Shown here: in pieces, positions 40,808 to 53,104 of the stretch
How the letters are laid out: each line of letters opens with the position of its first letter
Position numbering within the stretch: the stretch's first letter is position 1
Origin: Dictyostelium discoideum
Lineage: Eukaryota
Length of the DNA stretch: 64,000 bases
Direction of reading: 5' to 3'
Assembly: GCA_000004695.1 (NCBI GenBank)
Contig: CM000155.2
Span: 3,136,001 to 3,200,000, forward strand
Position numbers and translations under genes: made by a program
Notes under the pieces: model-generated
What the model was told of the DNA's origin: nothing
The model's database searches: none
Seen by the model: the letters and a program-made list of their open reading frames with translations, nothing else

Positions 40808-40930
40808 CTTTTTTTCTTGTTATTCTTATTTTTTTTTTTATTATTATTATTATTATATTATTATTATTATTATATTATTATTATTATATTATTATTATTA
40901 TTATATTATTATTATTATTATTATTGTTAT

Positions 40931-40970
<40 letters not shown>

Positions 40971-40975
<5 letters not shown>

Positions 40976-43900
40976 AGTAGTTGGTGTTATATGAGCAGTA
41001 TGGTATGAAGTGTTCCGGGATGTTTATGGTCATGAGTTTCGAGTTCCAGTTGTGGCTGAATTTTTCGAGTCTTCTTTTTATTGATGCGGTCCGATTGATT
41101 GACTCTCGGTTATCAGTGCATCTTAGTTCTTGACGTAGTTGTTTTTCTACTATCTTTCTTGTTCTATCCCATTCGGCATCTCTCGCTTTTTTGATTTTAT
41201 GAATTATTTGGTTCTCTGTTATTATTGTAGTGTTATCGTTGAATTTTATTTGATTTCTTCTGTACCATATCGATTCCATAATGGCTCCTATCAGATTTGA
41301 TGAGAATGGTGTGAGTAGTTTTCCGAGAACTTTTTCGCTCCATGGACCGTGGTAAGTGTTGTTGGAGTCTTTACAGACCTTTTGATAGATTGAGTCGATA
41401 TTCTGTTTTATTGATTTGCATTCGAAGAAGATGTGCATAGACGATTCTTCTTCTTTACATGAGTGGCAATTCTCCCCATGGTGTTTTGGAAGTGCCTTGA
41501 GTAGATATCTCCATGCTAAGTCTCTTCCTTTGATAGTTGTGATTGATCTGGCTTCTCTGAATGGTAGAATTGGGTGATTAATGTTCTTTTGAATCAGTTT
41601 TTGACCTGTTGTTGGCTGGTGTTTGTTCCATCCCTTGTATTTGATATCCATCATGTTTCTATAGATTACTTTTAATTTTTGTTTGTTTTCGTATTTGGGT
41701 TTGACTTGGTTTAGTTTGAGAGTTATTCGCTCTCTTGGGTGGTGCAACAACTTCCAGGCTTTCCAGCATTTGATGTGAATCCTTGATAGTGAGTTTTCTT
41801 TTTCCGACTTCCAGACTTCCATATGTGGAGGGCAGTTCTGGTCGTCTTTTTCTCTGAGGTATTGTTCGTATATCCATGCTTTCTGGGCATTGGATCTGGT
41901 TGCCATATTCCAGAGTTCCAGGCCTCCAATTTCATAGTCTCTTCTGCTCCTTTCTTTTGAGATAGCCCACCTGTCCCCTTTGAATAACATGTTGGCATTA
42001 ACGTTCTCCAGTTTCTTTATGTCATTTATTTCGTTGATGTATAGTTGGAATGTTAGTTGGGACAGCAGGTATGATTTGAGGATTGTGATTCTACCTTTTA
42101 GCGTTGATGACACGCTCGAATAGCATTTTGTGAGGTTTTCCAGTTTGTTCACCGTATCATCTACTTTGCTTATTACACCTTTGCGGTTGAAGAAAAAGCC
42201 AAGATATCTTTCTTCTTCTTTCGCCCCAATTGTCTTATATTTGGTCTTTATCTTTGGGTTTTTAGTGATGCACACACATTTATTATCGTTTATTTTTGCT
42301 GCTGTGGCTTGGCAAAATTTTATAACTTTCATATCCATTTTATCTGCGTCATCTATGTTACTGGCTAGTGTGACTGTGTCGTCTGCATATTGTCCAATCT
42401 TCATCGAATTGTTCTGATTGAGTTTTATGCCTATTATGGTATTGTCTTTTCTTATTGATGTTGATAAGCATTCACATACTATAGCGAAGAGAGTTGGTGA
42501 AATTGGGTCGCCCTGTTTTGTACCTCTTCCTGCTCTGAAGGATTCAGAGAGTTGTCCATTTACCATGACCCTTATGTTGGTGTTCGTTAACATGCTTAGT
42601 ATTGTGTTTGTTATTTTCCGAGGGAACTTTAGATGGTTTAGAGTCCTTATTAACGCTTTATGAGATATTGAATCGAAGGCTTTTTCGAAGTCATAAAAGG
42701 TGATTATCGTGTTTCTATCACTCTTTTCCATTGCTAAATCCAAAGCTATAATGTTGTTGTGGAGTAGCCTTCCTGGTATAAAACCGTTCTGGTACTTTGA
42801 GATTATGTTTGGCAGGATTTTTAGTATTCTATTGTTGATTATTTTTGAGTAGATTTTGTAGTCTACGTTGAGTAACGTTATTGGTCTTCTGTTTGAGATT
42901 TCCAAGACATCCCCTTTACCTTTGTATATTGATGTAAGGATACCGTTCTTGAATTCTGTTGGAATTTCATTGTTTAAAAAGAAGTTGAATAGTTCTGTGA
43001 GGATTGGAATTAGTTTGTGTTGGTGGATTTTATAGAATGAAGATGTTATTCCATCTTCTCCTGGTGATTTACCTTCTGCTATCTTTTCTATTGCTAGCTT
43101 AACCTCATATTCTTCGATTCTGTCTTCCATCTCTGTTAATTTTTTTTTATCTATTGGTGGGTTCCAGGTGCTTAGAAGTTCTGTATGTGTTTCTTGGTCG
43201 CATTCTTTCTCTTTGAAGAGTGTCTCGTAATATTTTCTGAAGCAATCTGTTATTTCTTTTTGTTCTGTTTCGATTTTTCCATTGGATGGGTTCTTTATTC
43301 TGTGAATCTGGGAGCTCGAGTCTCTTTTTTTAAGAATAGATGTAAGGAGATTTGATGCTATTTCTTTATTGTTGATGTAGTTGATTGAGCTTTTGATCAT
43401 TCTGTCTATTCTTTCTTCTTCTTGAAGTATTGTTATTTCGTTCGATATTGTTTCTTTTTCATATTTGTTTTTTGTTTTTGTGTGTTCATTTGCTAGATTT
43501 GATAGCGTTTTTTTTCTCTCTAGTATTCTTTTCTTTTCTGTTGTAATGCATTGTTTTTTTATTTTTTTTTTGAACTTAATCCAGTATTCCGTTATGTTAA
43601 TGTTTTTTCTTTTGGTTTCCTGGTAGTGGTCGATTATTTTTTCTATCTTTTTTATTGTTTTATCTTCTTTAATTATTATTGAGTTCATTTTCCATAGGGG
43701 TGATTTGTATATTTTTGTGAAATTTGGTATTTTGAAATCCATCACTACTATGTTATGGTCTGATTTGTTTATTTTATCGATTATCTTGTACGAGTGATTG
43801 AGTTGGTGCATCTTTGTTGATAAGAATGTTCTATCGATTAGTTTATCTTTGAAGGTTGTTTTAGTTGTTGAATTTGGTAGTATTTCGGTGAGTCCTACTT

Positions 43901-44402
43901 CCATCATTAGGAATTCTATTGTTTCATTTTCTGTGAATTTTCTCTTATCGGATGATCCATCTTTGAACTTGATTTTTGCATATTTGTTGATGTTAAAGTC
44001 ACCAGTAACTATGTCTGCCTGTTCTAGATCTTCAAGGGAAATATTGTTTGAAAACCATCCTTTTCTTCTGTCATATGAGGCTGGTGCATAGATGCAAATT
44101 ATGTTGATTTCCATATTGTTTAGAATTGCAGTAAATTTTAAGATTCTGCCTTCTTTTTCTTCCAAGTTTTTAATTTCTATTTGTTCTAGGTGATTTATTG
44201 CCATTACTCCTTTTCCTCTTGCTTCTTTTCCTTTTCCTCCTGTTGAGTAATGGTTTTTGATTTGCGCTAGATTTTGATCCTTTTTTAGATTTGTTTCTGT
44301 TAGTATTGATATATCAGGTTTTATTAGGTTAATTGTATTTTTTGTCTGATTCATGCTTTTGATTGTTGAGCAACCTTGGCAATTCCAGGTCATTATTTTT
44401 AT

Positions 44403-44405
<3 letters not shown>
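40971..44405 (-). CDS. TRE5-family ORF2 polyprotein (AP endonuclease, reverse transcriptase and C-terminal Cys-rich domain), 1144 aa, apparently intact
   Basis: An uninterrupted ORF with the motifs listed above. Confidence 0.85.
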
Positions 44406-44449
<44 letters not shown>

Positions 44450-44476
44450 GTTTTTTTTTTTTTTTTTTTTTTTTTT

Positions 44477-44507
<31 letters not shown>

Positions 44508-44513
<6 letters not shown>

Positions 44514-45872
44514 AAATGAGACAGATGGAAGTATGTCTTGGAGTACTTTGGGCAATTTGTCTCTTAGTGCTGCTTCCATTAGATCTGATTCTTCCTTTGT
44601 TATTTTAGTTGGAGTTTTGTAAGGTGTTGATATTTCTTGGTGATTAGTTGTTGGGTTTGGAGATGAGTTGGATCTTTTTCTTTTTACTGTCTCTGGGGTT
44701 GCTGGAGATTCTGGATTTTGGATAGGTGACATTGTTTGTCTTTTTTTGATTGAGGCTAACCTTGGGGTTTCCTTCTTTTTTTGGTTATTTATTTTTTCTT
44801 CAAAAATTCTGTTCTCTTCTTCATTTTCGAACATCTTTCTTACCACTTCTAATGCTTCTTCATCTTCAGTTAACTCCATTTTCCTTTTCTCTTTGCTGTC
44901 AACACTATATGTTACTGTTATTGGTGGGACACGAAGTACTTTTCTCTTTTCAATATTGTTTATTGTGTTTGTCGTTTCTGTCGTTGTGGTTGTTGTAGTT
45001 GCTCTAATTGTTGTGGGTTTTTTATTTTCAATTTCGTTTTCCTTTTCTTTTTCGTTTTTGCTCTTGTCTTTGATGTTGTCATTATTGATTTCTTTATTAT
45101 TTTCTTTTCTGTTTTCTATTTTGTTTTTGTTGTTATTTTTTGATTCGCTAGTGTTTTTATGATTGGATTCTTCTTTTGATTTTATGTTTATTCTTGTGTT
45201 TTCCTTTATCTCGGGATTTGGTAGTTCCGTGATTTTTGAATTTTCTGAGATTTCGTCTTCGATTTCCTTATTTGTTTTTCTTTGATTTTTTGTTTCTTCT
45301 GTTGTAGTGAGGAATAGTATTGTTATGTGTTTACAATGTATTAGCTGGTCTTTGTGCTCTGGACTGATAATTGAGTTGAATGAGTGTATTATCAGGTTTT
45401 CACCTAAATTATCTAATTTGATTATTTCCAGTCCTTCTTCATGCAATGTTTTTTCTACTATGTCCATTGATTTTTCCCAGTTGAATGTTTTGAAGATCTT
45501 TTTTGGTTTTATTATTGCTCTGTGAACTCCTTTTAGTACTCCGTTGAAAACGTTAGAGTACTTGATTACTTGAGTTCTGCAGTCAGTGAGGATTTTGAAT
45601 TTATTCTTACTTATTATTATCTTATCATCTCCTTGTAAATGAATTTCCAATTCTGCTTTTAAGTTGTTGGAAATCTCATCTGGGATATTGATCATGAATT
45701 TATATTGTTTTAGTTCAATTTGAGTGTGGTATATTGCTTCGCTTATTTTATCAAGTGTTCTGTACGTATTTTTTAAATATTTGAACTTTGTTCTGAGTTC
45801 ATTTGATTTCTTGATTTTATCTGCCAATGTTTCTGTTGATTCTGTCATTATTGTATTTGCCAATTTATTCAT
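44508..45872 (-). CDS. TRE5-family ORF1 protein, 454 aa
   Basis: It is collinear with TRE5-A ORF1 (FKILTD..., LEIIKLDNLGENLIIHSF) and roughly 40% similar by eye. Confidence 0.8.
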
Positions 45873-45951
45873 TTCTTTTTTTTTTCTTTAAAATCTTTAT
45901 TCGACTTTAAAAATTTAAAATTCTGGAAATTCCCTGAAAGAATGTTTTCGG

Positions 45952-46026
<75 letters not shown>

Positions 46027-46147
46027 TCTTTTTTTTATATGAAAAATGAAATAATCAAATAAAAAAAGTGTTGTTGTTGATGTTTTTTCTCTTACTCTCA
46101 ACTATTAATTTTATAAAGTAACTTTATTACAACTTTTCATCAAAAAT

Positions 46148-46220
46148 GCCTGGATGGCTCAGTAGGCAGAGCGAGCGGCTGTTAACCGCTAGGTCCATGG
46201 TTCGATCCCATGTCTAGGCG
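46148..46220 (+). tRNA. tRNA-Asn (anticodon GUU)
   Basis: GCCTGGATGGCTCAGTAGGCAGAGCGAGCGGCTGTTAACCGCTAGGTCCATGGTTCGATCCCATGTCTAGGCG. Cloverleaf is intact, the anticodon loop is CTGTTAA, and the discriminator is G. Confidence 0.9.
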
Positions 46221-46250
46221 AGCTTTTAGGAAAATTTTCAATAGATCGCT

Positions 46251-46260
46251 AGTTCAATTC
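46251..46260 (+). promoter_or_regulatory. External B-box-like element (AGTTCAATTC) 30 bp downstream of tRNA-Asn
   Basis: Its position and its similarity to the B-box consensus. Confidence 0.4.
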
Positions 46261-46282
46261 TTTCCTTGATCTCTCAAATATC

Positions 46283-49200
46283 TAAGGACTTGATAATCAA
46301 TTAGATATCATTGCACCTCCATCAATCACAAGACCACTCTCTTTCTTAGAAAAAAACAATAACACCATCAACATTAAGTGTTACTTTAAATCAACCACAC
46401 ATCCGTGAAGAATTAACCTCAAAAGATGACACAAGAATTCAACAAATTCACAAAAACATTCACAAACTCTTCGAAGATATACTGTCGCCATCAGCATTTA
46501 AAATAATTGGTGCAACTGCCTTCGTAAATTGCAACGTTGATAAATTAACTTCAATAATCAACCTTCAAAACCAACTTGCACTAAATATCGACAAACTCAA
46601 CTATAGATTCGATATATCATCAAATGATTATGCAATCATTAAAACATTCATTAAAACGTACTCACCCAAACATGCAAACGATGCAATTACAAACAACCTC
46701 ACTAAATTCACCAGTTGTACATCAATTGAATCATTTACTGTCACATACTCATATGCTGTTGCGTTTAAAAGTTACATTATAACATATCATCTAATTGATC
46801 ACACACACAACATTGTTGATCAAAAGATCGAACAACCATCTGGTATCACAAGATATATCAAAGCTGCAACACGTAGTGTCACTAAACACAAAATTCAACA
46901 TGCAAAAAATGCAGATATGGCAACAACTATAAAAAATGCCATCACAAACCCAAACATGAACAAAAACAATCAACCACCAAAAAACAACATTAACAACCCA
47001 CCAACCAACGAAATTGCAAATTCCAATCGCAATAATAACTCACTTCAAAATAGTGGTTCAAAAGCTATACTAAATGAATCACTTGATATTAACAATCAAT
47101 CCCAAAACAATAATGAAATTTCACACAAAAGTGATTCTTCAAATAATAATAACGGGAAAAACTCATTATCAATGAGCAATCCAACCGATCCAACAATTGT
47201 ACCACAAAAACCTCCACCATCTCAACCAAACAAACCAAGTGCACCAACTCCAAATACAATAAATACAAGAAGAAGCAGCAATGCCCTGACTACACAACCA
47301 GTCAATACTGGTGCTGCCAAACCTAGTAAGGTATGAGCTCAAAAATCAACTTTATAACATGGAATTGTAGAGGATTCACTGATAACCCAAACAATCAACA
47401 CAATTCCTACCAAAAAGCTGTTGACACACTACAACTACTTATATCAAAACTTCCACCTCGTCCAACGATCTCAATACTCACTGAACTCAATTTATCACCA
47501 TTACAACTTAGACATGATTTTCCCGATCACATCATCTCTGTCACCAAACGAGGAAATGGTGTAATCATCATTAACCATAACCCAAACACACTCAAACTCA
47601 AACACATATCAACAATTGATGGTAGAGCTATTTTAGCAGACGTTATATTTCCAAATCAATTACCAATTGGTATTCTTGGAATTTACGCACCAGCATCAAA
47701 TAATACCATCAAAAAGAATTCATATGCAACTTCACTACAAACACTTCTCCACAACCACTCAACAAACCCAATACCAAACCAATCCCAACATGTATCTATT
47801 ATCGCAGGAGATTTCAACTGTACCCACAACGACAATTCACTATTAGATGATATTATCCAATCCTACACATACCAACACCATCTAATTGATCAAGGTGAAT
47901 TTAAAAACACTCCAACTCATACACATGGTAACAGATTAGATAGAATATATACTCAATACAATAGAATAGACCCTGAAAATATATATACACAAGTCCACCA
48001 AATTCCATCTTCATTATCAGATCATAATCCAATATCAACAACAATTTCTTCACCTTTTCAAATAAATAAACATAAGAAAAGATGGATATTATCACCTGGT
48101 ACTGCAAATGACCATGAAGCAATCAATATTATCAATCATTTAATAACTAATCACAATAAAACATCAATCAATCAATTTACAAACTGGTCAAAAGTAAAAT
48201 CAAAAATTATTAAAACTCTAAAAAACTATCAATATAACAAAGACAAACAAACTCAACGTGCAAAACAAATACTATTAGAAAAAGCAGCAAAATTCAAACA
48301 TCTTGAAGAACAATGCATCGCTGAATACAATATTATATGTAACAAAAACAAATTACACCAAAACCACACAAACATATTAAAAAAACATATAAATGGAGAA
48401 ATACCTAGCAAGTATCTATCAGCAATACTAAACAAAAGATCAAAAGATGCAAAAATTGAATCAATCCAATATGGTAACATCATTACATCCGACCCCGACC
48501 AAATTGAAAATGCGTTTGTTGAATTCTACACAAATCTATATAGCTTACAAATATGTTGTCCAATTACTCACCAGCTCATACTAAACACATGGCCCATCAT
48601 AAAAAATGAATACTGGAATGGTTTAGACTCACCATTTATACAAGATGAAGTTGAAGCTGCAATTAAAACCTGTAACCCCAACAAATCACCCGGTCCAGAT
48701 GGCGTTACAAATGCATTCTACATTAATCATTTAAACCAAGTTAAACCAATTCTCACTACATTATTCAACGATATACTAGAAAATCCTCACCACATCACAA
48801 CAGAATTCACCGAAGGTCTTATACACACAATATACAAGAAAGGCAACCCCTTACTCATATCAAATCGTCGTCCCATCACACTTCTAAACACTGATTACAA
48901 GATCCTCTCAAAAGTAATCAATGCACGTCTTCTGAGAATACTTCCTTTCATCATCAACAACAACCAAACTGGTTTCGTACCCCACAGATTCATCATAGAC
49001 AACATCATCAACATCAATGAATTAATCAACTACCTCAAATCTAAAAACCTCCCTGGTATCATCACACTATTTGACTTCTTTAAAGCATTTGATTATATCT
49101 CTCACGATAGTATTAAAAGAACATTAATTCATATTGGTATACCAATAAAATTAATAAATTTAATCCACAAGCTATTATCTGACTCACAAGCAAAAATTTC

Positions 49201-51277
49201 AATTAATGGTAAAACGACCAGAAAATTCGATATTAAAAGAGGTGTAAAACAAGGTGACCCAATCTCAGCCACTTTATTTGTAATTGTAATTGAAAATTAG
49301 CAAGAACAATAAATGCAGACAATACAATAATTGGATTACCAATTTCACCCAATCCACAAATTAAAATCAAATTCACCCAATTTGCAGACGACTCTACAAC
49401 ATACAACATCAACTACGAACAACAACAACAATCAATCAAACATTTCGATAATTTCTGCGCTTCAACATCATCATCATTAAATTTTGACAAAAGTGCAATA
49501 ATAGAAATCAACCCCCACAAAATCACTGATAAACACATAATAAACAACATTCCACAATCAAAAAGAATTCCAATAACCAAAAAAGATCAATCAGAAAGAG
49601 TCCTTGGCTATTTCTTTAATCATAATGGTTTACATAGGAAATTACCAGAAACAATGAAAACACTGATCAAATCATTAGTACTATGGAAAACTAGTGGCAC
49701 AACATTAAAAACAAAAACAACCATCATAAACACCTACTCACTATCACCAATAACATATTTATCATACCTTGAAGAATTTACAAAAGATGAAGAAATTCAA
49801 ATTAATAAATTAATCTCATGGTTTATGAATTCTCCCGCAAATTCTGAATCACCAACTCTCAATACCAATTCCATTGAAAACAACTCATCAACCATCCATT
49901 CACGTGCAAAAATACCTTTGATGTGTTATGATAGATCATTAAAACCATTAAAAGAAGGTGGTTGGGGTATGTGGAATATACAACTACGACAAGTTGCTCA
50001 AAAGATTTGGATATACAACAGATTTTTACAAATGCATAAATCTGCAAATAATTCAATATACATGATAAGTTGGATGGATCAAATCATCAACAAATCAATC
50101 TCTTCTCCATACCTTATAAAAATCAAAAAAGAATGGGAAAACTATGCAACTCAAATTGGACATCTAAAAGATAAAGTTCAAATCCTACAACCAATATTAA
50201 TAAAAAATCAAACCTCTCAAACAAACACAAATAATATTCCACTACCACCAACACTCAAAGAAATCTACTCGACAATACTCAACAATCACCAATGTAAATC
50301 AAAAGACTATATTGGCAAGAAATATTCAGATCTACTTCTTACTTCGCACCAACAATCAATACAACTATTATGGAAATACACACACGACCAACTATTTGTC
50401 AAAATTCAAAAATTAAAAGATCCAAAAGGCCGTGATACAATGCAAAGATTCCATGCTAGATGTCTTCCGATTAATCATCTACACAACAAAGTTTGCCCCA
50501 TTTGCAACAATGAAATGAATAATGATCCCTATGGTCATTTGTTTTTCAATTGTCAGCACACAATCAACTTCATAAACCACGACAAATTAAAATATTTTAT
50601 ATATAAAAATTGCAATGGAAACAAAAACTGGTCACTAACAAAAAACCAAACAACAAAATTATACACACTCATTTATAAACCACAAACAAACAACAAAGCA
50701 TTTAAACCAGATCCAACTATCAATATTAATTTTGCAGAAAACGCACAATATAAAAAATACAGGTTCAACTGGAATTATATAAACACAAATCTTGATCTAG
50801 TCAGAACACACGCATATTGGAACATAATCTCATTAGTTATTCACCAAATATGGATATGGTTATGCAAATCATTATTTGACATCAATATAACTCAATCAAT
50901 TGATAATTGGAACAACCAAATAAACAACACAACACTAGATTATGATATATTAAAATCAAAATGGCACAAGCTAATAAGATTGGAATATTCAAGAACATTA
51001 TCAAACTTTAACCAATACTCAATTAAAAACAACCTCACAAAAACTCAAAAAGAAACCCAATGGTCCGAAACAATCAAAAAATTTAAAAAAGAATGGAGCA
51101 TAAACACTAACGAACCAATTCCAACAATTACACCACCAATTAATTATTAATTACCTAATCTAAAATAACATACCATTTTAAATTCACAAAAACTAAAAAA
51201 CCTAAAATAAATAAATAAAAATAAAATACTAATTGTATACTACAATAGTTTATTTATATCAAAAAAAAAAAAAAAAA
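46283..51277 (+). mobile_element. TRE3-family non-LTR retrotransposon of about 5.0 kb, inserted 62 bp downstream of tRNA-Asn and flanked by a 12-bp TSD (CTCTCAAATATC at 46271-46282 and 51278-51289). It carries a poly(A) tail at 51261-51277 and its ORFs are disrupted.
   Basis: Its sense strand is A/C-rich. ORF1 C-terminal part is at 46917-47336. ORF2 has an APE domain (ITWNCRGF) and an RT domain (FVPHRFIIDN...FADDST) that is split by a stop at 49298-49300. There is a C-terminal Cys-rich domain (CPICNNEMNNDPYGHLFFNCQH). Confidence 0.75.
47333..51150 (+). pseudogene. TRE3 ORF2, interrupted. The 47333..49300 part carries the APE domain and the N-terminal part of the RT domain, and the 49654..51150 part carries the RT C-terminal part and the zinc-finger-like domain. 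The region between them reads through only after a frame change.
   Basis: The RT motif FADDST continues in another frame just after the stop at 49300. Confidence 0.6.
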
Positions 51278-51944
51278 CTCTCAAATATCCACAAAAAAAA
51301 CTTTTTAATTATTTTATAAACAATTTTCATGATTAAGGGAAAAATATTTAATAAAATTCATAAAACCTATTAATTGGTTATTGTTTATTTCTTATAATGG
51401 ATAAATTGACTAATCATTATTATAAAAATAATAATAATAAAAATAAAAATAAAAATAATAATAATAATATCTACACTATATTTTTAAATTAAAATTCCTT
51501 ATTTGAAAATTCAAACTAAAAAAAAAGGATAACTTCTTTACATTTTACAACCAAAGTCCATTAATAAACTGTTAATTATAGTTTTTTCCTTTAAAGGATA
51601 AACATTGATCAATATTTTAAAAAAATAAAAATAAAATAAAAAAAAAAAAAAGTGTATCGATTCTTTATTTCTATTTTATAAGTAAGAATTTCATAATCTA
51701 TTATTTATATAATTTTTTAAAAGTTGGTTTTGATTTTTTTTTCTACAAAATAATAATAAAAAAAAATTATTAATTGAAATATACAAACCAGAATTTTGAT
51801 TTCAAAAATTAATTTTTAACAACCAAAAAATAAAAAAAAACAAAAAAAAATAAAATAACATACTTTTTTTTTTATTTTAGATTTTTTCACCATCACTCTA
51901 GGAAATTAAAAATCAATTGGAGTGAACTTTTTTTTTATTTGTTT

Positions 51945-51976
<32 letters not shown>

Positions 51977-52337
51977 TCAGCGGATACATCTCCAAAAAAG
52001 ACTTTTAGAATTTTAGATTTTTTAATCTTTGGCTCTAAGGTTATTTTTATCATAAACAGTGTTTAAATTTTTTTTTTTATTTTTTTAATGATTACATTTT
52101 TTGTGTGGGGTGTTTCAAAACAATAAAAAGCAATCCAAAATCCACAAAAATAAAAAATAAAAATAAAAAAAGGAACAAAAATAAAAAAAAATGGGTTTAT
52201 TATGGTAAAAATGATTTTAAAAATTTGAACAGTATTTAAATTGTTTTTTTTTTTTTTTTTATTTTTTATTTCCATTCATTAAATTCAACAACAAAATCAA
52301 ATTCAACAAAATCAAATCAAATAATTAATTAATAAAA

Positions 52338-52769
52338 ATGTTAGTCTTAAGAAATTTATTAGCTTTAGTAACCCTTGCTTTATTATTCACTTTATCAAGT
52401 GCTCAATACACTTTATCCGTTTCAAATTCAGCCTCAGGTTCAAAATGTACAACTGCCGTCTCTGCTAAATTAAATGCATGTAATACTGGTTGTTTAAATT
52501 CATTTAATATTGTTGAATCATCAAATGGTAAAGGTTTAGTTTTCAAAACCTTTATCAATGCTGCATGTTCTGGTGAATATGAATCATTATCACAATTCAC
52601 TTGTGCTGCTAACCAAAAAATCCCAACAACCTCTTACATTGTTTCTTGCAATTCAACACCAAGCTCAAATTCAACAACTGATTCCGATTCCTCAAGTGGT
52701 TCAACTGTCATGATTGGTTTAGCTTCAAGCTTATTATTTGCTTTTGCCACCTTGTTAGCTTTATTTTAA
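52338..52769 (+). CDS. ponA: Ponticulin, a GPI-anchored F-actin-binding membrane glycoprotein of 143 aa
   Basis: A signal peptide is followed by QYTLSVSNSASGSKCTTAVSAKLNACNTGCLNSF..., then an S/T-rich stalk and a hydrophobic GPI-signal C-terminus. This matches my memory of Dictyostelium ponticulin. Confidence 0.7.
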   Translation: MLVLRNLLALVTLALLFTLSSAQYTLSVSNSASGSKCTTAVSAKLNACNTGCLNSFNIVESSNGKGLVFKTFINAACSGEYESLSQFTCAANQKIPTTSYIVSCNSTPSSNSTTDSDSSSGSTVMIGLASSLLFAFATLLALF

Positions 52770-53004
52770 ATTAATTTCTATATTCTATATATAGTTTAAT
52801 ATATAAATAAATAACACCCCCTTTTGTATTTAATTTATTAAATATTATTTTTTTTTTTTTTTGAAAATATTTCACTTAATAAATTATTAAAATAATTAAT
52901 TATAATTGAAAAAATTAAATTCCTATTTAATAATTTTGATTTTGATTTAATTAACCCTAAAAAATAATTTTCAAAATTATTTTATTTTAAAAAAAAACTA
53001 TAAA

Positions 53005-53042
<38 letters not shown>

Positions 53043-53104
53043 AAACTAATATTAAAAATTAAATAAATATAATATAAATAAATAAAAAAATTAAAAAAAT
53101 TAAA

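Larger units (their letters stand above)
40721..46097 (-). mobile_element. Full-length TRE5-family non-LTR retrotransposon of about 5.4 kb. It is distinct from TRE5-A and may belong to TRE5-B or TRE5-C. ORF1 and ORF2 are intact and it has an oligo(A) tail and 15-bp TSDs (TCAACTATTAATTTT at 40706-40720 and 46098-46112). Its 5' end lies 50 bp upstream of tRNA-Asn.
   Basis: An A-module-like 5' end sits at 46020-46097. ORF1 of 454 aa is homologous to TRE5-A ORF1 but divergent. ORF2 of 1144 aa has an APE domain (IMTWNCQG), an RT domain (FIPGRLLHNN, YADDTV) and a Cys-rich C-terminus. The 3' end reads ...GAGTGATGTTATT followed by A16. Confidence 0.8.

Noticed and set aside
41659-44091. Alternate-frame ORFs inside and antisense to the TRE5 ORF2 (41659-41877, 41723-41998, 42130-42663, 43798-44091)
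   Set aside because: They are nested within the intact 1144-aa ORF2 and have no independent support.
44668-45525. Plus-strand ORFs opposite TRE5 ORF1 (44668-45162, 44750-44998, 45307-45525)
   Set aside because: Antisense to an intact ORF1 and made of S/L/F-rich low complexity.
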